Counted from the stretch's first letter, positions 10,928 to 25,554 are shown. The stretch is DNA of 64,000 bases from Eledone cirrhosa (GCA_964016885.1 CAXHJY010001669.1:186001-250000); one strand, 5' to 3'. Program-made: numbers and translations. Notes: a model not told the origin generated them from the letters alone.

Positions 10928-12830
10928 AAGAACATTTTTGAAGATAAAGCGCAATATTATAACGAAGCGTTAGGTAGAGCTGGAAATAGTAATAAAATTA
11001 AATACATTGATAATAATGATGTGCCAACTAACCATAACTTTAGAAACTATAATAGAAAACCTTACAATAACTCGAAAAACAAAAAAAGAAATAAAACTAG
11101 GAATATATTATGGTTCGCTCCCCCTTTCTCATTAAGTATTAAAACTCCTATTGCTAAATTATTCTTTAAAGCTCTAGATAAATGCTTTCCTAGAACACAT
11201 AGGTATTACTCAATATTTAATAGACATACTATAAAATTATCGTATTCCACCACTAGTAATTTAGCGCAGAATATTAATAGAATTAATAATAGAAACTTAA
11301 AACCTAACCAGAATACCATTAATAACCCTAGCAATATCCAATATGATAGTACGGCTCCTAGTAACTTAAATTTAGATAAATGTAACTGTAGAAATAAATC
11401 TAACTGTCCTCTAAATAATAATTGTTTAGTTAAAAATATAGTATACAATTGTAATGTAAAAACTAATATAAATTCCTTTAATTATGTAGGCTCTACCTCC
11501 ACAGATTTTAAGTCCAGTTTTAATAACCATAAATGCTCTTTTACGAATATAGGTAAAAAATCTTCAACTTCTCTATCTAATTTACTATGGGACCTAAAAT
11601 CAAAGAACATTAACTACTCTTTACTTTGGAATATTATCTCCAAAGCTCCTCCATTCAATGCTTCATCTGAAAATTGTGCTCTTTGTATAGAGGAAATATT
11701 CTTTATATTAAAAAGTAAAAATTCTGTTAATTTAAGGAATAATTTATTCAGTTCTTGTAAACATCGGTTGAATTCAACGTTTAAATATATATATAAAATG
11801 TAATACATAACTCATCTCTTATGATAGAAAATTTAACTTTTTAACTTCTTAACCTTATAGCATTTAATCATTAGAGTCATCTGTGTTATTAATAAATCAC
11901 TAGTAATTTCCTTTACGCTATACAGCTATTATAATACAAATAAGGGGTTATTCTTCTGTAAACTCTCGGAATTTCCATGGGTTTAGAATTATTTGGATAC
12001 TTTTAACCTACAATTTTTTAATAATTAATAATTAATAATTAATAATTAATAATTAATGATAATATATATTTTATTATAATAATAATAATATATATGTTTT
12101 TATAATAATAATATATTTTTTAATAATATTTTAATTTATAATTTTTTTTTTTTTTTTAAAATAATCTAACGTACACATTTAAAGTAATGAATAAACTATT
12201 AAATTATTAATTAAACATTTGATCAATTTTATGAATTAAACCTTAGATAAAGTTTTTCAACCTATCATTATAATGAATCCTGCTATTATTCATCCACACT
12301 ATATTCGTTTCTTCGCTTCTTCTCTCCTCTCACGTAAACAAAATTACGCTATTATTGTCCTTATAACTAATATTCTCTCTCACTTAAATATAGTCACGTT
12401 TACTCTCTCCCACTGGCAAAAAATATATATAAACTATTCCTTTTCTCTTTCTCTTTCTTTTTTCCCTCTTCCAACGGTTTAATTTAAATATACTGTTATT
12501 TAAACCTTTCCGACACTAATTTGCATACTAAATCAACAATAAATCTAATATCTCCACTATCCAGCAAGCTCCAACCGGTAAGGTTGCATTTTTTCAGGGT
12601 ATGTCAATATTTATTTATAAAACTAATCTGTATTATATTTTATCTGATGAAAGCGCACCATAATCTGCCTTGGTGGCCCTTGAAATATGTATAATTAAAT
12701 AAATATGGTTTTATAAATATAGTTTCCATTTGTTAATATATTGTATATTTACTCCAATAATTTGTTGAGTGCTTTATATCAGTTATAAAAATATTTTAGG
12801 TTGTTGTATCCCAACAAATTAAATATAACC
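10928..12830 (+). mobile_element. 5'-truncated Naiad-like PLE (GIY-YIG end, 3' UTR, HHR)
   Basis: ORF to 11803 with RNILWFAPPFS, IFNRHTIKLSYS, CNCR...CPL..CL..IVY, YVGSTST.FK and CALC..E; HHR at 12637. Confidence 0.85.
12637..12700 (+). ncRNA. Hammerhead motif at the Naiad-like PLE 3' end
   Basis: ATTTTAT-CTGATGA-AAGCGCACCA...TGGTGGCCCTT-GAAA-TATGTAT-A-ATTAAAT. Confidence 0.65.
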
Positions 12831-13284
12831 TCTACATATATATATATATATATATTTAATAAAATAACAGATTAAAGTTGAAGCAAAGAATCGGTGCTTT
12901 CACCCTTAAGGGGATCTTCTGAAACTAACAAAGTCAATCTGTGAACGCAGAAGTAAATATTTCAAAAAACGTTGCAACCGGAGGAAGACAGGAAGACAGG
13001 AAGACGATACTTTGGTTTGTGCAAACGTTCCCTGGCAAAGAACGGGAAAAAACGAATATAATACGTCATTATTTGGAGCGGTGAAAAACAATTACACGCA
13101 AAGACAAAACCACGTTTATGGTATAAAAGAAGTCGTAGACTAATATTCTATTAGGTGGTTCATATATATATATATACGCACACTTGCCACGCACTCTTGC
13201 CACACATCATGTGTGTGTGTATATATAATATTAAGGATACTATTTATAGTTATGTATATACTATACTATATACATTATTAATAA

Positions 13285-13330
13285 TGCTCGAAGACTCCAA
13301 GCCTAGGCTTGGAAGAAACAATTGTCAGCA
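13285..13330 (+). ncRNA. Hammerhead-like motif, one core base missing
   Basis: TGCT-CGAAGA-CTCCAAGCC(TA)GGCTTGGAA-GAAA-CAATTG-TC-AGCA; palindromic stem III and a GUC site. Confidence 0.55.
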
Positions 13331-13366
13331 ATTAAATGTTCTAACATAGCTTTGATTCTTGTGTAT

Positions 13367-13411
<45 letters not shown>

Positions 13412-13471
13412 TTCATAGAAAGGAATAAAGCAGAGACTTCTTCTTCTTCTGCTGCTGCTGCTGCTGCTTCT

Positions 13472-13502
<31 letters not shown>

Positions 13503-14080
13503 CCAAGCACCCTTCACTGTATTTCAATTTACGTTCATTTAAATCAGTGTTTCACTTAACAGGATAATAATAATTGTTTCTACTTTTGGCACAAAGGATA
13601 ATAATAATAACACATGAAAGGTAAGTAGATAAATAGATGTTGTTGTTGTATGGCTGCTGTGTTGCCCACTAACCTGTCTGTAGAGTTGTTGTTGTTGTCA
13701 TTATTGTTGTTTCCATTAAAGACACAGAAAGTAAGAGAGAGAGAAGGAGAATAAGAAAGAGATGATGTGTGAGAGAGGGGGTGGGGGATAATGAAGATAG
13801 AAAATGTGAATGAGAAGAGAAATATGTCACTTTTTATCTATATATAAATTTCTGCAATTCTGTCACAACATGTAATGAGAGAGGTGTAGTTTGACTACCT
13901 CATACTACTCCTCTCTCTCTTTACCTCTGCTGCCTGCGTGAATGTATATGTGTGTAAAAGGAATGCAGGAGTTGGTGAAAAATTACAGTTATCAGTGACG
14001 TGTATGTCCATGTGTATATTTGTGTCAATGTGTGTCTGTGTTTGCACGTTTATATTTATATACTCATACATATAAATGTA

Positions 14081-14126
<46 letters not shown>

Positions 14127-14324
14127 GGTGCGCCAGCGTATGGAAAAAATCCTAGTTATCATAATGTTATCGTGATGCTTGGATGTAATTCTCAAAGTGA
14201 TATCTTTCTTCTACAATTATGTACGTTTTTAATGTCTTTGTGGATACAATTGAGATGTAAAATTATGCCTCAAGGTAGATTATACGTGTTTATTCTTGTA
14301 TCTTAGTATATGGATTTACTGTTA

Positions 14325-14723
14325 TCTAAACTATAATAAAGTAAGGGCGCGGGATTGCGTACGGTTTATAATCTTTTATCCCACTACTAAATTTCGTGGC
14401 TGTTATTAAATATATTTTGTTTATTTAAAGATTCATTTCTGAAATGGCAACACTTCCGGTTGACTATTGCTTAAATAAACATATTAATTTTCTCCTAATG
14501 CAGTTTATATATAATATCGTTTTTTTAATGTATCATGGATTACGTCACTGATTAAATAAGACAGTGTTACGCAGTCTTCGTTCAATTTTTATGTATTATA
14601 TATTGTCAATTACGATTTCATTTGATGTATCATATCTACATGTATATATACTTGCGTATAATATCAATATACACACTACACATGCTAGCAGAAAACCACA
14701 CGAAGGGTGTTTTTTTTTGCTAG
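14325..14723 (+). mobile_element. Non-autonomous Helitron
   Basis: A|TC start, subterminal hairpin and CTAG|T end. Confidence 0.5.
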
Positions 14724-15089
14724 TACATTATAATGCAACTTAATAAAATTCTCCCATTTACCATATTGTTCGCATTTCATTTGTTGAAACACGTGTAAGA
14801 TAAACAAAAATGTCTTAAATTTCTTCAGAATTCCTGGATTTATTATCTAAATGCGTTGTGTATTTATACCCATACAATAACTCAGATTTGTTTGTCGAAT
14901 GTTTTAATTATTAACACCATGTGGAGTTTACCTTGGATGAATAGGTTCATTCTATTTGCTGATTGCTGAACCATTGAACTTTCTTGGGATAACTTTGCCA
15001 ACCTGAACTTCTAACCAATTACCCTCCCCCCTCCCAACACACACACACACGCACACACACACACATATATATATATATACAGATATATG

Positions 15090-15161
<72 letters not shown>

Positions 15162-15168
15162 TATATAC

Positions 15169-15201
<33 letters not shown>

Positions 15202-15209
15202 CGTGTGTG

Positions 15210-15274
<65 letters not shown>

Positions 15275-15479
15275 GTATATATATATATATACATATATAT
15301 ACACACACACATACACACACAAAGAGTGTTAAAATAATAACACGAGATAGGGTTACCTTGGAAATGATTTAATTGTCCCTATATTTCGGATTTTGCATCC
15401 ATCAACTGGGGGCTTTCCGAGGGGAAAAGTTTTTAGTCGTGGCCTCTGTTGTCTATCGTGTGTGTACAACTGAGTTGTA

Positions 15480-15858
15480 TACACACCCCAATATTTATAT
15501 TTTTCTTCCCAAACTAACAAAACACACATCTATTTGTATATGCGCTACAATTTATGTACATGTTATGTAAAGACAGATGGGAGAGAGATATAGATATAGA
15601 GATGGGGAGAGTTTGGTGGTAATTGGTATATAGGAGGTTGGGAGAGTGTGTTGTATATTAGATATAGAGAGAGGGGATGGATTGATGTTTATTGATATAG
15701 AGAGAGGAATTTGAAAGAGTTCTGTGTAGTAAATATACAGAGGGGGAGAGTTTGGTATTAATTGATATAGAGAGGGGGATTGGAAAAGAGTTCCATGTAG
15801 ATATAGAGAGGGGGAGAGTTTTGGGCTAATTGATATAGAGGGGGTATTGGGAGAGAGG
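15480..15858. repeat. GA-rich degenerate satellite block, paralog of 17480-17770
   Basis: Shares ATTTATGTACATGTTATGTA...GATATAGAGAG units and ends in the same TTTTGGGCTAATTGATATAGAGGGGGTATTGGGAGAGAG. Confidence 0.75.
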
Positions 15859-16840
<982 letters not shown>

Positions 16841-16977
16841 TGAAATATGTATCACTACCTTATCAATAAAAGACTTTAACATCTGAAACTACTTCTTATT
16901 CTAAATATACTCCGTCATTCCTATGAGAAAAAAGTACGAAGAGTGCTTGAATTGAATTGCATCAATATTTACAGTAA

Positions 16978-17020
<43 letters not shown>

Positions 17021-17143
17021 GTGGGTAATATTAATCATTATCCAATTACAAGTATGAGAATACCTCAATGTAAAACAACAAGTATATTACAGAGCCAACA
17101 TACTTTATAAATGACAATCAAAGAATGTTTTAGAACATTTAAT

Positions 17144-17190
17144 TACTAACGGTCGTTTCATCCAAACACAAGGCCGATTTCATCGGAGTA
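17144..17190 (-). ncRNA. Hammerhead motif, CCGAUGA variant
   Basis: TACT-CCGATGA-AATCGGCCTTGTGTTTGGAT-GAAA-CGACCG-TT-AGTA; stems I and III pair. Confidence 0.6.
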
Positions 17191-17519
17191 TAAATCAAAG
17201 GTTAAAACACAAATAGACTTGTTAAAGAACATTTTGAGGATACACAATATGGGAAGAAAGCAAAAATAATAAATATTAATATTCATATGCGAGAAGAAAG
17301 CAAAGATAGAAGAGGGATATGAAAAATATGAGCATATAAATGCAACTATGATCAGCAGGAGATGAATAAATTGGGTTTAATACCAGTTTCTTATCACATA
17401 CGAAGACGCTCTATATATTAACTTCTTAGGAAAGATCAAAGAGCATAATTTTTAAAATTATATATATATATATACAGCTCCCACCCACCCCCAATAATTA
17501 TATTTGCTCCCAAAGCTAC

Positions 17520-18246
17520 CAAAACACATTTATGTACATGTTATGTAGATACAGATGGGAGAGATAGATATAGCTATAGAGAGGGGCAGAAATTGATGTT
17601 TATTGATTTAGTGAGAGGAATTTGAAGAGAGTTCCGTGTAGTAGATATACAGCGGACGAGAGTTTGGTGTTAATTGATATAGAGAGGGGGATTTGAAAAG
17701 AGTGCCGTGTAGATATAGAGAGGGGGAGAGTTTTGGGCTAATTGATATAGAGGGGGTATTGGGAGAGAGTGTTGTATGGTTTATGTAAAGACGGAAAGAG
17801 TTTGGTAGTAAGGAATAGAATGAGAGGATTGATAAAGATAGCTATTGATAGATATAGAGAGGGGGAAGAGTTTGGTAGTGATGGATAGAGGGAGTGGGAA
17901 TGAGAGTGTTTTTTATGGAAGATATAGAGAGGGGGATAGTTTGGTGGTAATTAATATACAGAGGGGTTGGGGGAGGTTCCGCGTAGTAGATATAAAGAGG
18001 TTGAGAGGTTGGTGTTAATTGATGTAGAGAGGGTGTTTGGAAGAGAGTTCCGTGTAGTAGATATAGAGAGGGTGAGAGTTTGGTGTTAATTGATATAGAG
18101 AGGGTGTTTGGAAGAGAGTTCCGTGTAGTAGATATAGAGAGGGTGAGAGTTTGGTGTTAATTGATAAATTGATATAGAGAGGGTGTTTGGAAGAGAGTTC
18201 CATGTAGTAGATATAGATAGGGTGAGAGTTTGGTGTTAATTGATAT
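17520..18246. repeat. 71-bp satellite (32+39 subunits), left part
   Basis: ATATAGAGAGGGTGAGAGTTTGGTGTTAATTG-ATATAGAGAGGGTGTTTGGAAGAGAGTTCCGTGTAGTAG; more degenerate leftwards. Confidence 0.9.
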
Positions 18247-18488
18247 AAATTTCTATTTATTTGCCACCAGGGCATCAAAGATTGGGACAAATACAAAGGG
18301 GGGAGTTTACATACATTTAAAAAGACGTGTAAAAAACATATAACAAATTAAATTTAACAATCGATGTCCTCAATAGGGAGGGGCGTTGACATGGGTCGCA
18401 CACACCCCCGAAAAAATGTGCAACCCTCCTCTCCAGGACCACAAAGAGCGAGTGCTTCCTTCCTCTTCTCATTCTTTTCCTCTCTCAC

Positions 18489-21400
18489 CTACAGGCTGAT
18501 ATAGAGAGAAGGCCCATTCTCTCGGGTCATTTTCGCTACTTTTACCCACCTTTCATAAAACTTGCTGGGGTAGAGCACCTCTGTCTCCATTCTGATCCTT
18601 CTTCTAAAGTGGTACTTGAAAAAAAAGACCAGTTGTTGGCCGGAGAGAAAGGTGTCTCACCTCAGCCTTTTCAACCTTGTCCACTATACAACTTCTTTCG
18701 CCATAGCTATCACACAGAGGAAAACCGCCTCTCCTTCGTTTTTGAAAGGGGGCGGCGGTTTGATCGTGACAATGTTCTCGATGGTCAACCGGATTGGTCC
18801 CACCCGCGACAGTAGTCGTTCCACATAGCCCCACAGGTCAGCAACACCCGGGCAGTGTACGAATGCGTGTGCGACGGTTTCCTCGTCACGCACGCATCTC
18901 GAACAGATCTTCTTCGAGGGGTCCCTACCCGGGCGCCGGTGTCTGTAGAGCTTGTCCCGAACGGGTAGAGCTCCTCGGTAACATTGCCAAGCCAGGGACT
19001 TTTGGAAGTTGTCCATCGGTCCCGGGCCAAACGTCCTACCGAACAGACTGGCCAGCTCGTCTTCCTCCATGCCCAGAGCCTCTCCGAGAGCGTCGTCGCA
19101 ATTACTGCGAACCAACCCTCTATAGAATGTTGAGGTTGAGTCTCCACTGATTGCCGGATCCGCTTGCCAGAGGGCCGTGAGCGCCTGGGCACATTCAATG
19201 TACCAGTCGCCCAATTTTCTCGGTCTTTGCTTGACCCAGGATTGCAGCTCGGTGAGTGAGACGAATCTCGTAAAGGCTCGCCTCACAAACAGGGCCCACA
19301 CCGGCTGACCAGTGAGGAATACCTGGAGGTGCCGTAGCCTTAATGCGTGTCTACGCATCGTCAGCCACGGCATTCCTAGCCCTCCGTTCGAAGGGTGTTG
19401 ACAGCAGATGGATCTTCTCACCAAAGGAGCCCGCTTCTTCCAAAGAAATCGGAAGAGCGCGCGCTCCATTTTGGCGAGTGTTTTCTCTGGGCAAGGCACG
19501 CGGTCAAGCGGTAGTAGATGACAGACGCTATATAAGCGTTCGCCACCTCCGCTCGACCTTTCAGGGATAGTTTGCACTCGGCCCACTTCTGGGCGAGTGC
19601 AAACACCTTGCCCGTTACCTCGTCCCAGTTTTTCTCCACCTGGAGGTCCGGTCCGAACCAGACCCCGAGCAGCTTCACCGGTCCCTCCGTCCAGCGTCCG
19701 ACGATGCCGTCGGAGAGCATCGTTTTTCCCCTCCACGTCCCAAATTGCAAACCGACGGACTTGTCCCGGTTCAGCTTGGCTCCTGTGAACCTTACATATT
19801 CCTCCAGTAAGGTGCCGATCTGCCCGATTTCCGAGGCGCACGACACCATTACTGTCACGTCATCGGCGTATGCCGACACCACTTTCCGCAATCCCGGTTC
19901 CAAGGGGATGCCCTGCAACAGCTCCAGCTTCCGCAGTAGTGGCTCGAGAGCCAGCACATACAGGAGGGAGGAGAGAGGGCATCCCTGTCGAATGGATCGC
20001 GTGATTTGGAACGGCTCCGAGAGGTAGCCGTTCACCTTGACCCTCGAGCAGGTGTTGCTGCTGTGCATTGCAGCAATCCAACCCCTGAAAACGGGTCCGA
20101 AGCCTGCCGTCGCGAGCACCGCATCCAGGTACCGATGGTCAACCCTATCGAACGCCTTAGATTGATCCAAGTTGATCAGGGCCCCACCAAAGCCGGGTTC
20201 GTTCCCTACCCTCTCTACGATGTATCGCATGAGGTGGAGGTTGTCGTGTATGTACCTGGACGGGATTGCGCATGTCTGCGCTTCTCCCACCAGGTTCCCG
20301 ACGACAAGCGCCAACCTCTTCGCTAACACCTTGGCCAAAATCTTTAACTCTGTGTTTGGCAGAGTTATGGGCCTGAAGTTATATATGTCATCCCCCTTGT
20401 TCTCGTCCTTCCTCACCAGCGTGACTACGCCCTTGGACACAGAACTGGGAATTCTCTCGTTCTGTTGCCAGTTGCAGTAGACCGCCTCGAGGAGACCGGA
20501 GAACAAGCCCGGCATCGCTACATAAAGTTCGTGTGGTAGACCATCGAGACCCGGAGATTTGCGTTTGCCGCATTGGCTCAGCGCTTCCCCTATTTCAGCG
20601 GCTCAAATCGGCCTCTCGCAGGACTACGCCTCCCCGTCCGAGAGCTGCGCCAGACCGTCGAGGTATGGACCGAAATCCATGGCCCTACCCGGCCCGCCGC
20701 CCCTCCCGAACAGTCGTGCAAAACGCCGTTGAAAGGCCGCGCTCATCCGCTCAGGTTCAAGGATCACGCGTCCATCCTGGTCCTTCAAAGACCGAATCGT
20801 GAACTTGTTTCCACTTTTTGCCTCTGTCACTCGGGCCCAGCTAACAGCTTTGGCTCCCTCGTTACCCAGAGCACGTATTTTACTCCTGACAACGCAGCCC
20901 TCGTGCTTCGCATCAAAGAACTGGTCTAGGGCCGTTCTTGAAGCCAGCACGTCGGCCACGTTGCCACTCCTAAACACCTCTTCTACTCTATTTGTTAATT
21001 CCCTTTCAGTTCTATTCCTATCTGATGCTAATTCCCGACTAAAACCTATCGATTCTATTCTAATTTCTCTCTTGAGAGAGCTCCACCACCTGCTGTTGAC
21101 AAATGCCCCCGTCAAACGCTGCTTAACTAGTGTGCTAATCCGCTTACTGTAAACTTTGTTTGTCGGTAAAGACAAGTTTAGCTTCCAGTAACCGGGTCCC
21201 TGTCTGTGAGTTCTATCAAGGTTGACCACTCCTGTCACCAACTTGTGATCCGAATAGTCAACCATGAACATTCGTGGACAGCTTAATATGTCCCTATCCT
21301 TATTTCTAACTAGGAACCTATCTAGGTACGACCTAGATGTTCCGCTGCGATTAGTCCACGTCCACAGTGGCACAGTCGGAAAATCTAGTCGATATCTATC

Positions 21401-21927
21401 GGCCAGATCAAATCGGCCGATTAATCGTTTGAGGCTGTTACACCCCCCTCTATCGGGAAATGCCCCTACCCCTACATAGTCCCAACGTGCATCCAGGATA
21501 CCATTCCAGTCCCCCACTAAAAGCAAGGAACGAGACGTTCCCAGGAAATTTTCCAGGCGTCGGAAGAAGTCCGGTCGCGGTGTCCCAGATGGGGCATACG
21601 CTGCCACCAGCCTGAAAGCTCCACCTTCACTGCCGACGTCTAAAACCACCAGTCGACCCTCCGGGTCCAGGTATACCTTCTGTGTGGCAAGACCCAGGTA
21701 TTTTCGCAGCAGAACGACAACCCCACCCCACCCCTCGGCTGACAGAGAGATACGTAGATCTCAAAGTCGTCGAAGATGGGGGCCAGTTGGCGCTCGCTGC
21801 TGATCCTGGACTCGCAAATAACCATTACATCCACTCTGTGCGACCTGAGGTCATTTAAGAGATTGCTCTGTTTCCAGGACATCCCCAGGCCGCGTGCATT
21901 CACACATCCAACTCTTATATTGGCCAT
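18489..21927 (-). pseudogene. Tx1-like ORF2 (APE endonuclease, RT, C-terminal Zn knuckle), frameshifted
   Basis: CVNARGL, VGDWN, SYLDRF, SDHKLV, YWKLN; FRPITL, LDQSKAFDRVDH, IRQGCPLS, AYADD; CSRC...ETVAHAFVHCP. Confidence 0.92.
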
Positions 21928-21965
21928 GTTGGTGCTGAATAGGTAAAAAGGAAGAGGAAAGGAAA

Positions 21966-23806
21966 TTACTTACCTCTTCGTCTCCTGGGGACCAGGCTGC
22001 ACAATTTCCATGGGTGTGTTGGAAGGGTTGTTTGGTGGGTGGTGGTTTGTGGTGGGGTGAGGACATCAGTGTGTAGTGGGATTAGGGTGTTTGGTGGGGT
22101 GTGGGTGTCTGGTGTGGGGGTGGGGAAACATCTCAATAGGACGCTGTTAAGTGGTTTGGTGCAGTTGGTCCCCACATGCATTGGATGGTTCTTTTTCAAA
22201 GTTACATAGGTTTCCGTTGGGACCCTAATCATCATTAGGTGCGGTTTGTTCGCTGCGTAGGTGAAAGTGATCCCTTCGGTTTCCACCGAAGGGTTATTTT
22301 CTATCGCTTTCATCAAAGTTTTATTGTTCTTGTTAATGTATGTATAGAGTTTTTGTTGTGTTGTGTTTGTTTTTGTTTGTTGTTCTTGTGCGTGTTTGCG
22401 TTTTGTAGTATGTGTTGTTTTGGGGAGGGGTGGGGTTTTTTGTTTGTGATGTTTGTTCTGTTTGTGCTGGTGGTTGTGTGTTTGTAGCCTTTTTGTTAAT
22501 GTGGTGCCTTTTTTTTTCCTTTTCACCTGTTGAAAGGGTTCTCCCTCGTCGTCACTGGGTGACGTTGATACGGAGTCCTCTTCCGTGTTGTTGGGGAGGG
22601 GTATATTTTGGGGTTTTGTTGTGGTTGCTTTTGTATTTGTTTTAGGTGGGGAGGGGTTGGGTGGAACAGTGTTTTGTGTTGTTATTTTTCCGTGTTGTTG
22701 TGGTTGTTGTTGTTGTTGTTGTTGTGGTGGTGGTGGTGGTGGTGGTGGTGGTGGTGGTGGTGGTGGTGGTTGTGTTGTTGTGTTCGAGGTTGGCAGAGAG
22801 CCTTTTTTTTTTACTTGTTAATTGAGGACAGGCAACCCTCAGGTGACCCTGCTTAAGCAGTGGTAACATGACGGCCGCCTTCCCTCCACTGAAATGTTTA
22901 TATAAGTTAGCCCGTCCAGAGGCACGCGTTGTGGGATATTCGCTATTCGTTCTGGGCTCATTTGCACCAGAACTTCTACGCTGGTCCCACCAAATACACC
23001 TCCGGAGGACTTTCCTATTGAAATTATCTTGTCTTCATCAAAGTCAATGATTCCACATAGTATCCACCAAATATTTACATTTGGTGTGATACTCATTATT
23101 TTTATTCTTTGTGTCCTTTTTCCCCTGTATGTGGGGAAAAAGGTGAAGCGGAGGATAAAATGGGTGATACCGAGTAATTTTGTGCTGTTGACTGGTTGTT
23201 CATTAGCACCGAAATGCTACCAAACAGTTTACCTTTTTGTATGAAGGTTATGTCCTTCATTGCATCTTTTAGAACCAGCTCAATTTCATTTTGTGTTAAT
23301 TGAGCTGGTTTTCTTGTTTCGTTCGATATTGTCCTGAAAACCACAGTTTTCAGGACAGCCTCTCTACGTAATTCCTGTGGAGAATTGATGCTAAAAGCAC
23401 CGTTTTCGCCAAAAGTCACGAATTGTTTTGCGTCTTGTAATAGTTGTTTAGCATTTGTTATGTCTATTGGCGTGTATAGTTCGTTTTTTTTTACAGTCTG
23501 TGCGAATGTTGTTTTGGTGTTGTTGTCTTTTTTGTTGCTGCTGTTGTTGTCACTGTTGGTAATATTGTTCATGTTTTCCTTGCTGTTGCTATTGTTGCAG
23601 TTGTTGGTTGTGGTGTTATTGTCATTGTTCTTGTTGTTGGTGCTGGTATTATTTACCGGGTTTGGTTTCGTGGTTTCAATGTTTTCAATGTTTTTCAATA
23701 ATGCGAGGGGGGAAGGCTGCAAGCTTTGTACTCCTACCTTCCCTCCACCACTTTTCTTAGTGGGCGTGGCACTCACGACAGTGTGCGAGGTGGAAATGGC
23801 AACCAT
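21966..23806 (-). pseudogene. Tx1-like ORF1 (Asn- and Thr-rich tracts, CCHC-like knuckle), disrupted
   Basis: Lies upstream of ORF2; EGRRPSCYHCLSR motif; broken into several frames. Confidence 0.7.
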
Positions 23807-24010
23807 TGCTGACTACCAAATCTACACAGTTTTGAGATGAAAATGAAAATTTCGCCCCAGAAAGGGGCGAAAATTAGTTGACTCAACGTCTGCAGGCCCA
23901 GGCAAGGGGTTAACTAAACAATGCTATTAAATTAAGCAATGAACTCACAGTTTTTTTGACAATAATCCGTAAAAATCCGGAGCGAAGTAATTCATGTTTA
24001 TATCAAGTGG

Positions 24011-24475
24011 TAATTGATATAGAGAGCGTGTTTGGAAGAGAGTTCCATGTAGTAGATATAGAGAGGGTGAGAGTTTGGTGTTAATTGATATAGAGAGGGT
24101 GTTTGGAAGAGAGTTCCATGTAGTAGATATAGAGAGGGTGAGAGTTTGGTGTTAATTGATATAGAGAGGGTGTTTGGAAGAGTAGTAGATATAGAGAGAG
24201 TGAGAGTTTGGTGTTAATTGATATAGAGAGGGTGTTTGGAAGAGAGTTCCGTGTAGTAGATATAGAGAGGGTGAGAGTGAAAGAGAATGAGACAGATATA
24301 GAGAGCCGGATAGTTTGGTGTTAATTGGTATAGAGAGTGGGCGGGGAGTATGTTGTATATTAGATATAGAGAAGGGGAGAGATTGATGCTTATTGGTATA
24401 GAGAGGTGGATTGGAGGAGAGTTTCGTGTAGTGGATACAGAGAGGGGGAGAGTTTGTTGTTAATTGATATAGAGT
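24011..24475. repeat. 71-bp satellite, right part
   Basis: Continues the 17520-18246 array in the same orientation. Confidence 0.9.
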
Positions 24476-24759
24476 ACCATAGCTGAAATTCTACTATAAT
24501 AAAGAAATTACTGATCTCTACTAAGGTATTGAGTACTCATTCTTGCGACTGTCAATTTTAAGTGGAATATGTATGTATGTGTGCATGTATGTATGTATGC
24601 ATACATGTGTGTATAACATATAAATAACATTGTATACAGTATTTATTCAAATATTGAATAAATAAATAAATGAATAAATAAAGGCGTGATTGTCACGGAT
24701 GGCTGGACGCACTTAATCATATGATTACTGGATCAGAGTTGATCTGGAGCGAAAGAAGT

Positions 24760-25522
24760 ACCACCACCATCACAACAATAACAACTACAACAGCAGCTGC
24801 AACAACAGCAATAGCGACAGCAGCAGCAACAACAGCAGCAGCAGTAACAGAAACAGCAGTTCCATCAGCAGCAATAACAATAGCAACAGCAGCGGCAACA
24901 GCAGCAACAACAGCAATAGCAACAGCAACAACAGCAACAGCAGCAACAACAGCAACAGCAACAACAGCAACAGCAACAGCAATAACAGCAACAGCAGTTC
25001 AGCAGCAGCAATAATAATCGCAACAGCAGCGGTAACAGTAATAGCAACAGCAGCAGCAACAACAGCAACAGCAATAGCAACAACAACAGCAACAACAGTA
25101 GCAACAACAGCAGCGACAACAGCAGCAGCAGCAACATCAGCAGCAGCAACACCAGCAGCGGCAACAGCAGCAGCGGCAACAGCAGCAGCAACAGCAGCAG
25201 CAGCAACAGCAATAGCAACAGCAGCAGCGGCAACAGCAATAGCAGCAACAGCAGCGGCAACAGCAGCAGCAACAACAGCAACAGCAGCAACAACAACAGC
25301 AGCGGCAACAGCAATAGCAACAGCAGCAGCGGCAACAGCAGCAGAAGTAGCAGCAACAGCAGCGGCAACAGCAATAGCAACAACAGCAGCGGCAACAGCA
25401 ACAGCAGCAGCAACAACAGCAGCGACAACAGCAATAGCAACAGCAGCAGCGGCAATAGCAACAGCAGCAGAAACAACAGCAACAGCAGCAGCAGCAGCAG
25501 CAGCAGCAACAGCAACAGCAAT

Positions 25523-25554
<32 letters not shown>

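Larger units (their letters stand above)
18247..24010 (-). mobile_element. Near full-length Tx1/L1-clade non-LTR retrotransposon
   Basis: ORF1 and ORF2 remnants; flanked by TAATTGATAT (18237-18246, 24011-24020) inside the satellite. Confidence 0.92.

Noticed and set aside
12875-12926. Possible minus-strand hammerhead CAGAAGA-TCCC(CTTAA)GGGT-GAAA-GCA...TGCT
   Set aside because: Core U4 is changed and stem I mispairs next to the cleavage site; too weak to count.
14952-15372. YIYI/HTHT/CVCV ORFs here and throughout the window
   Set aside because: (TA)n and (CA)n microsatellite translations.
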